Shown: one piece after another, positions 26,359 to 32,000 of the stretch
How positions within the stretch are numbered: position 1 is the stretch's first letter
How the letters are laid out: every line of letters begins with the position of its first letter
Assembly: GCA_934613415.1 (NCBI GenBank)
Contig: CAKTSY010000004.1
Coordinates: 1-32,000, forward strand
Direction: 5' to 3'
Origin: an uncultured Opitutales bacterium
Lineage (GTDB): Bacteria; Verrucomicrobiota; Verrucomicrobiia; Opitutales; Intestinicryptomonadaceae
Length of the DNA stretch: 32,000 nucleotides
Program-made: the position numbers and the translations under genes
The notes under the pieces: model-generated
What the model saw: the letters and a program-made list of their open reading frames with translations, nothing else
Told to the model about the DNA's origin: nothing
Databases searched by the model: none

Positions 26359-27974
26359 TGCAAAATATAAGCGGAAATTAAATATAAAAATATCGTAAAA
26401 GTAGGAACTAACAAAAGCCTAATGTTGCGACACTTGTTTAGATATATAATGCTACCTAAAAACAGTGCGCCGAACAAAACCGACAAATACCCCGAAGCAT
26501 TTTGAAAAGTTAAACACAAAGGCATATCGGCATATACTGTGGCGGTTTTAGCCATAAACGAAAGCAATTTGCAGGCAAATATGTTTAGGTATTGCCCCAT
26601 AAACGCGGGCAAAATAATTGAAAGCACGCCAACGGGAACAACCAAAGTTGCCCCAAAAACAAATATTGTTGCGTTTATTAGCGATGCAAACGATACATAT
26701 CCAAAAATGCCCACGCTTGCAACGCAGCTGCCCAAAAATGCCGCAAAGGATATGCTAAGCGAAACTAAAAAGAACTTGTACAACGCCGAAAACAGTTTTT
26801 GCAAAGGCGTTTTTATGTCGCTAGAAATGTAGGTATATAGCTTGGAATTTTGGTATAGCCACTCGCTTAGCGGCACGCCCAAAAGTATTATCGAAAACGC
26901 CGCCATATACGACAAGCAAAAGCCGGCATCGAAAATTATGCTAGGGCAAATAATTAAAAACAGTAATGCCGAAGCCGTTATTGCCGCCATAGATTCGCCC
27001 TTGCGTTTAAGCGCAAATGCCAACCCCACAAAAGCCAGCATAACAAACGCCCTTACAGCCGAAGGCTTTGCCCCGCATATTTGAACATAAAAAAACAAAA
27101 GCGGCAAAGAGGCAAGAATTCTGCCTAAAATCCCGAATCTAAAAAAGGCAAAAAATGCATACAACAAAGCCGCAACTACGCCGACGTGCAAACCGCTTAT
27201 CGCAAAAATGTGCATTGCGCCGCTGCGCGCAAACGCGTTTTTTTGCTCCTTTAAAATGCACTGCGAGTCTCCCAAAACTATCGCCTTATACATTCCAAGG
27301 GCGTCGCTTTTTTGCACGCTGTTTTTAAGTTTTTCGCCAGCAAAACATTTAAAAGCGCCAAGCACGTTATAGTATAAATCGGCTACAAAGTTTTTGCCCG
27401 AACTGTTGTCTAAAGTTCTTACAACGTAAATTTCTTGGTTTGTTTGAAACTTTGCATATACGGCATTGTTTGCCAAATACCTGTAAAAGCCTCCCTCTTT
27501 CGCGTCTATAAAAGAAACCGCGCCCTTTGCCATAAATTTTGAACCGACACTTACAGCGTTGCCACATTCTGGCACCGAAAACAAAAGTTTTTTTGGAGTG
27601 CTTTTTATATCGCTTTTTAAGACTTCGCCTATGCCGCTAACTTTGCCGAAGTCTTGCGAATATAGGGTTTTTACCCTTATTGTTATTGTGTCTTCGTAGT
27701 CGGCAAAATATTGCGGGGCGTCTTTGCCGCTATATGTAAAATATAGCGATGCAAACAATAGCGTTGCTATGTAAAAAAATATTTTTTTGGGGAAGCACAA
27801 AGCTAAAATTGTAAATAAAACCGCCAACGAAGCAAAGCTTGCAAGCAATATATAAACATCTAAAAAACCAAAAACTACATAGGCAAGCACATAGCCCAAA
27901 CAAATAAAAAAGGTAACCGGCGCCAACGGAGCCAGAGAATATGCCCTTTTATATAGTTCGCTTAAAACGCCCAT
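26340..27974 (-). CDS. comEC: ComEC/Rec2-family membrane protein (no metallo-beta-lactamase domain)
   Basis: Polytopic. DUF4131-like N-terminal region, and a competence-domain block GAMHIFAISGLHVG. At 544 aa it ends right after the TM region. It overlaps tilS by 19 nt. Confidence 0.8.
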   Translation of the reverse strand: MGVLSELYKRAYSLAPLAPVTFFICLGYVLAYVVFGFLDVYILLASFASLAVLFTILALCFPKKIFFYIATLLFASLYFTYSGKDAPQYFADYEDTITIRVKTLYSQDFGKVSGIGEVLKSDIKSTPKKLLFSVPECGNAVSVGSKFMAKGAVSFIDAKEGGFYRYLANNAVYAKFQTNQEIYVVRTLDNSSGKNFVADLYYNVLGAFKCFAGEKLKNSVQKSDALGMYKAIVLGDSQCILKEQKNAFARSGAMHIFAISGLHVGVVAALLYAFFAFFRFGILGRILASLPLLFFYVQICGAKPSAVRAFVMLAFVGLAFALKRKGESMAAITASALLFLIICPSIIFDAGFCLSYMAAFSIILLGVPLSEWLYQNSKLYTYISSDIKTPLQKLFSALYKFFLVSLSISFAAFLGSCVASVGIFGYVSFASLINATIFVFGATLVVPVGVLSIILPAFMGQYLNIFACKLLSFMAKTATVYADMPLCLTFQNASGYLSVLFGALFLGSIIYLNKCRNIRLLLVPTFTIFLYLISAYILQWTAIF

Positions 27975-27976
27975 TC

Positions 27977-29071
27977 CTACTTTAACCTAACAAGCTTTAA
28001 CTGGCTTGTTGTATCGCCCGCAGTGTCGAACGTTATTTCGCCTACAGCGCCTTCCAATTTTTTGCCGAGAAAATAGTCGCGCATTTTGCCTTCGTTTGCA
28101 CTTGCATTATATGCCTGTGCCGAAAGCATTATAGAATCGTACGCAAAAGCTGCAACAAATGACGGCTGTTTTTTGTAGGTTTGCAAATAGCGTTGTTTAA
28201 AATTTTTGTTTTTTTCGCTTAAGACTTCGCCCAAAGAATATGCCGATTTTACGGTGTAGCATTTGCGCGGGAAAGAATAGTCTTCGTGATTTGCGGATTC
28301 GTAATAGGCGCAATTCGACACAAAAACACCCTTAAAATTGTATTTTTTTAGGGCGTCTAAAATTGCCCCGTTTTCGATACCGTACGAATAGGCAAAAAAG
28401 TATTCAGGGGCAAGCCTTTCTATCTGTTCGGCAAATACCGAAAAGTCGGCTTCGTTTCGGGTGTATACGTCCGAATAAACTTTGCGGTCGCGCCCGTCTA
28501 TATGGAAATATAAATAGTCTCCGCAACTTTTGCCAACAAAGTCGTCGCTTTTAAGCATAACAATTTTTGTATCTACCCCATCGGTCAATTCGCTCTTGTC
28601 TATTGCCGAAGCCATAAGCTCGCACTCTTGCGCGCCGTTAACAAATATGCGAACGCTGTTTTTGTTAAGCACCGTTATGGGCGGATATTTGCACATATAG
28701 TTTATAAAAACACCGTTTAGCGAATTTAAAAACTTGTGTTCGGGAATAACTTGGTTGTCTAACGCCAAGTGGAAAATTTTAATATTACCTTTAGCAAGAA
28801 AAGCCCTTAAATCTCTGCAGGTAGAAAACATATCGGTGTTGTCGCCTTTAAATATTGCAACAAGGGGCTTGCCCTTCATTTTTTGCGCGCTTTCGTTAAC
28901 GTCTAAAACGGCAAGCTGCACGGCGTTTTTAATTTCTTCGGCAAGAACAGGGTCGGAATGCGAGGGCAAAAACACGCCCATAGGCACAACACTATCGCAT
29001 TCTTTTTGCGAGGTGCACGCAACAAGCGCGGCGCAAAACAATGCAAAAAATATGCGATATATAAAATTCAT
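27977..29071 (-). CDS. Lipoprotein with type-1 periplasmic binding fold (LivK/ABC substrate-binding-like)
   Basis: Lipobox ALVAC after MNFIYRIFFALFCA. C-terminal blocks typical of Peripla_BP_6 (FKQRYLQTYKKQPSFVAAFAYDSIMLSAQA, GAVGEITFDTAGD). No permease or ATPase genes are adjacent. Confidence 0.55.
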   Translation of the reverse strand: MNFIYRIFFALFCAALVACTSQKECDSVVPMGVFLPSHSDPVLAEEIKNAVQLAVLDVNESAQKMKGKPLVAIFKGDNTDMFSTCRDLRAFLAKGNIKIFHLALDNQVIPEHKFLNSLNGVFINYMCKYPPITVLNKNSVRIFVNGAQECELMASAIDKSELTDGVDTKIVMLKSDDFVGKSCGDYLYFHIDGRDRKVYSDVYTRNEADFSVFAEQIERLAPEYFFAYSYGIENGAILDALKKYNFKGVFVSNCAYYESANHEDYSFPRKCYTVKSAYSLGEVLSEKNKNFKQRYLQTYKKQPSFVAAFAYDSIMLSAQAYNASANEGKMRDYFLGKKLEGAVGEITFDTAGDTTSQLKLVRLK

Positions 29072-29116
29072 TCGATACATTATTGCCCATACACAAAAAC
29101 ACGCAAGCAATTTCAA

Positions 29117-29150
29117 CAAAAAAACCGACTCTTTTAAAAGCCGGTTTTTT
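29117..29150 (-). terminator. Hairpin terminator after the Wzc-like gene
   Basis: aaaaccgac (29121-29129) / gccggtttt (29140-29148) with one mismatch. The minus-strand T-run comes from the plus-strand A-run at 29118-29124. Confidence 0.5.
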
Positions 29151-29168
29151 AGAATTTTTAACCATCAA

Positions 29169-31544
29169 TTAGGCGTTTGCGTCGCCGTCTTTTTGGTCAA
29201 CATCGGGCATATTCTTTTGCGATTCGCTTTCGTCGCTACCCGAAATATAGTAGTTTTGGTACTGCTTGTTGTAGTAGCTTGTACTGTAATATGCCGAATT
29301 GCTCATATTAACCATATTCATTACAACACCCAAAAGCGGAACATTGGCTTCAAGCATTTTCTTTATGTGCATTTTAACCAAACTGCGCTTTACAGAGTTG
29401 AATTTTACAACATACATTACGCTGTCTACCAACGGGAATATCGACAAAACATCGCTTACAACGCCAACCGGCGGCGAGTCTACAAACACCTTGTCGTATT
29501 CGGCTTTAAGCTGCTCTATTATGCCCATAAAGGCTTGGCTGTTTAAAATCTGCGTCGGGTTTGCAGCCCTTCTTTCGCAGAACAAAACGTCTACATTCGG
29601 GAACACGTCGCGAAGTATTGCGTCTTTTAGGGGAACCCCATTTTCTATGCACGAAAGTATGCCCTTTTCGGGTTTTACACCCAAAGTTTTTGCAATAGAC
29701 GGCAAGCGCAAGTCGGCGTCGACAATAACAACCTTTTCGCCGTTCATTGCAGAGATAAACGCCAAGTTTGTCATTACAAACGATTTACCTTCAGAAGGCG
29801 TTGTACTTGTAGAAAGCAACAACTTTGCGTTTTTACCCATGGGCGTTACACCTATAGCCGAATACAAGCTGCGAAATGCTTCCGTTACGCCCCTGTCGGC
29901 ATTCGAAGCTACAATCTGTGCCTTTTCGGAGCTGTTTAAACGCTTTATTCTGGGAATTACGCCCAAAAGCGGAAGCCCGATAATATATTCTACGTCGTAG
30001 GCACTCTTTACGCGGTCGTCTAAAAATGCAACGGCAAACGCCATACCCAAGCCGCCCAAAATGCCGCCCAACAAACCAATTATGGTGTTCATAACATAGT
30101 TCGGGCTATATCTTCTGATAGAGGGAACTGCCCTGTCTATGATTTGCGCCGTGGGCGAAATAAGGCTTATTTGCGCGGTTTTAACCGTCATCGAAGTAAT
30201 CAATGCCGAGTGAATGCCTTTTTCAACGTCTCTTTCGCGTTCCAAAGAGTTATAGGTAATTGCAACTTTGCCCAATTCCAACACGGCCTTCTTTTTGTCT
30301 GCCAAGTGTTTTAGCGAGCGTTCGTAGTTTTCCTTTGCCGTTTCGTAGTTCGACTTAACTTTTGCCGCCGAAGAATCTAAAGCCGCCGCCAATTCTTTGT
30401 CGATTTGGTCCATAACCTTGCGGGCTTCAATCATCTTCGGGTGCTTTTCCTTATAGCGTTTTTCGAGAGCCGAAATTGTTATTTGCTGCTGCGATTTGTC
30501 TAGCAAAAGCTTGCTTACAATCGGAATTTCGGAAATGAAAGGCAAGTCGTACAAATTCTTGTTTTCGGCCTTGTATTCTTGAACCTGAACCCAGTTTGTT
30601 TGGCAGGCATCAAAAAGACGCTTGTTGTTTGTAACAATCGAATTTAATTCAACAAGCTCGCGCCTGTCTATGTCTTCGTTCATTTCCAAGCTTATTGCGC
30701 CGTACTTTTCACGGTAGTCTACAAGGCGTTTATCTAAAGCCTTAACCTTTTCTTCTTGCTGCGAAACTTTGTGCATAAGCTCGTCGCGGCTTTCGAGAAG
30801 TTTTTGAACCCTTACATTCTGGTTAAAGCTAATATATTCTTGCGCAAACAAGTTTGCCATTTGAGCGGCAATGCGCGAATCGGGGTGTTCAAAGGTTATG
30901 TTTATTATAAGCGAAAGCCTTTCGGGAATGATATTGCGGCTTCTGCCGATAATTTCCTCTTCGGTAAGCTTGGGGCCCAAAGTGAAAACGTCTTGGTAGG
31001 GCTGCATTAAAGCCTTCTTTTCGTCTTCCTTCATTCGGCTTTGAACAAGCCTTATAATTTCGCTACTTTCTAGAATCTTTACCTGAGTGTTAAAGTCTTC
31101 AACGTTCATAATGGCCTCGTTGCGGCTGTTTTCGGCGCCTGCAACGGGAATGGACTTGTCGGGGTCGCGCAAAACCTGAATTCTTGCGGCCGACATATAG
31201 GTTGGCGTTACCCTTGCAGTATAAAGCATAACACCCGCAAAAATAACAATGAACGTAATTATTATGTACCAAATTCTTTCTCTAAGAATTGCCAAATAGT
31301 CTTTAAATGTACGGTTTGGTATTGCCGAAGCGCCGCCGCCCATAGAGGCCCCTGCGCCATAGCCACCGTAGCCGCCGCCATAACCGCCGTAGTTTCCGTA
31401 GCTGCCATAGCCGCCATAATTGCCATAACCACCGTAGCCGCCATAGTTGCCGTAGCTACCGTAATTAGAGCCTACGCGCTTTCTTACAAGCACTTTCGAC
31501 TTTTGTTTTGTATCGCCAGAATTTTTCGAAATGTCTTCGCTCAT
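29169..31544 (-). CDS. Polysaccharide co-polymerase / bacterial tyrosine autokinase (Wzc/GumC/EpsG-like)
   Basis: 791 aa. TM1 (IWYIIITFIVIFAGVMLYTA), Wzz-like coiled-coil periplasmic region, TM2 (IIGLLGGILGGLGMAFAVAFL). Walker A TPSEGKSF, A' VVIVDADLRLPS, B VFVDSPPV. C-terminal Tyr cluster AYYSTSYYNKQYQNYY. GGAG lies 14 nt upstream of the ATG. Confidence 0.85.
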   Translation of the reverse strand: MSEDISKNSGDTKQKSKVLVRKRVGSNYGSYGNYGGYGGYGNYGGYGSYGNYGGYGGGYGGYGAGASMGGGASAIPNRTFKDYLAILRERIWYIIITFIVIFAGVMLYTARVTPTYMSAARIQVLRDPDKSIPVAGAENSRNEAIMNVEDFNTQVKILESSEIIRLVQSRMKEDEKKALMQPYQDVFTLGPKLTEEEIIGRSRNIIPERLSLIINITFEHPDSRIAAQMANLFAQEYISFNQNVRVQKLLESRDELMHKVSQQEEKVKALDKRLVDYREKYGAISLEMNEDIDRRELVELNSIVTNNKRLFDACQTNWVQVQEYKAENKNLYDLPFISEIPIVSKLLLDKSQQQITISALEKRYKEKHPKMIEARKVMDQIDKELAAALDSSAAKVKSNYETAKENYERSLKHLADKKKAVLELGKVAITYNSLERERDVEKGIHSALITSMTVKTAQISLISPTAQIIDRAVPSIRRYSPNYVMNTIIGLLGGILGGLGMAFAVAFLDDRVKSAYDVEYIIGLPLLGVIPRIKRLNSSEKAQIVASNADRGVTEAFRSLYSAIGVTPMGKNAKLLLSTSTTPSEGKSFVMTNLAFISAMNGEKVVIVDADLRLPSIAKTLGVKPEKGILSCIENGVPLKDAILRDVFPNVDVLFCERRAANPTQILNSQAFMGIIEQLKAEYDKVFVDSPPVGVVSDVLSIFPLVDSVMYVVKFNSVKRSLVKMHIKKMLEANVPLLGVVMNMVNMSNSAYYSTSYYNKQYQNYYISGSDESESQKNMPDVDQKDGDANA
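31356..31472 (-). repeat. In-frame Gly/Tyr-rich coding repeat at the N-terminus of the Wzc-like protein
   Basis: Encodes GSNYG-SYGNYGGYG-GYGNYGGYG-SYGNYGGYG-GGYGGYG, with 12 Tyr in 39 residues. The 27-nt units are imperfect at the DNA level, differing by synonymous tac/tat and ggc/ggt/gga codons. Confidence 0.85.
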
Positions 31545-31562
31545 ATTAAAAAAATGCTCCGA

Positions 31563-32000
31563 TTAGAATATGGATTCTTGCACCTGAACAATGTCGCCGT
31601 CTTCAAGGGGCATATCCCTTGCGGTTTTATTGTCGAGAATGTCTTTTACGTTAACATCAAAAGTTTTTTGTGTGCCGTCGGGCATAATGCGCTTAACAAT
31701 AACGCTAGAACGGTTTGCCTTGCCTGTAAAACCGCCTGCATCGCCTATGGCCTTTGTAAGGGTTATGCCTTCTTCGGGGGGGAATCTAACTTCGCCTTGT
31801 CTGAAAACCTGACCGAAAACGCTTACGCGCTTGGGTGCATATTCCAATATAAACAGGTTTATTTGGGGGTTAACCAAATAGTCGGCGGCATACAAGTCTT
31901 TAATTTTTGTGGTTGCGTCTAAAATTGTAAGGCCCGCAATTTTAACTTCGCCTATAAGAGGCAGCGAAACCGTGCCCGAAGCCGATATTTTTGTTGTTGT
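31563..32000 (-). CDS. Polysaccharide export outer-membrane protein (Wza-like), 5' end outside the window
   Basis: The frame stays open to the window edge. It reads ...GTVSLPLIGEVKIAGLTILDATTKIKDLYAADYLVNPQINLFILEY..VSVFGQV..PPEEGITLTKAIGDAGGFT..., then a C-terminal PLEDGDIVQVQESIF. These are the typical Poly_export/SLBB blocks. Confidence 0.85.
   Translation of the reverse strand, partial: TTTKISASGTVSLPLIGEVKIAGLTILDATTKIKDLYAADYLVNPQINLFILEYAPKRVSVFGQVFRQGEVRFPPEEGITLTKAIGDAGGFTGKANRSSVIVKRIMPDGTQKTFDVNVKDILDNKTARDMPLEDGDIVQVQESIF

Noticed and set aside
28734-30000. 270-aa and 233-aa plus-strand ORFs antisense to the lipoprotein and Wzc-like genes
   Set aside because: They run through an intergenic terminator hairpin and lie opposite well-supported genes. 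No motifs are present.
1-32000. CRISPR arrays, rRNA, tmRNA/RNase P-like RNAs, long tandem or inverted repeats
   Set aside because: A visual scan of all intergenic regions longer than 80 nt found none. An exhaustive repeat search was not possible by hand, so short or diverged repeats may have been missed.

Overview
This 32-kb window looks like it comes from a diderm (Gram-negative-type) bacterium of moderate GC. I cannot assign a taxon from the sequence alone. About 25 kb (6.9-32 kb) is ordinary, tightly packed housekeeping DNA. It holds a seven-gene minus-strand block (DEAD-box helicase, DUF151 nuclease, Dus, ParA, RNase III, Mfd, SurA-like PPIase). It also holds aroK, a CodB-like permease, two RNA methyltransferases, tgt, purB, an ftsH-tilS-comEC-lipoprotein block, and the start of an exopolysaccharide export locus (Wzc-like tyrosine kinase, partial Wza). 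The left ~6.9 kb is different. It abuts the 3' end of tRNA-Ser(GGA) and is a patchwork of mobility genes and decayed genes. These are an intact serine recombinase, a 5'-truncated tyrosine integrase, a frameshifted membrane-protein gene, an AraC regulator with three lesions, and an ISL3 transposase fragment. It also has two apparently intact secreted hydrolases (a BNR/sialidase-like lipoprotein and an alpha/beta esterase). I found no CRISPR array, no rRNA, and no clear-cut novel multi-gene system. The observations most worth a second look are these: (1) a Gly/Tyr-rich repeat at the predicted cytoplasmic N-terminus of the Wzc-like kinase; (2) a Tgt whose three structural-zinc cysteines are all substituted; (3) the degraded island next to tRNA-Ser, including an extreme GT-rich tract at a recombinase junction; (4) the helicase-nuclease-RNase III operon with an orphan ParA. 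All functional calls come from motif recognition by eye and were not confirmed by database search.
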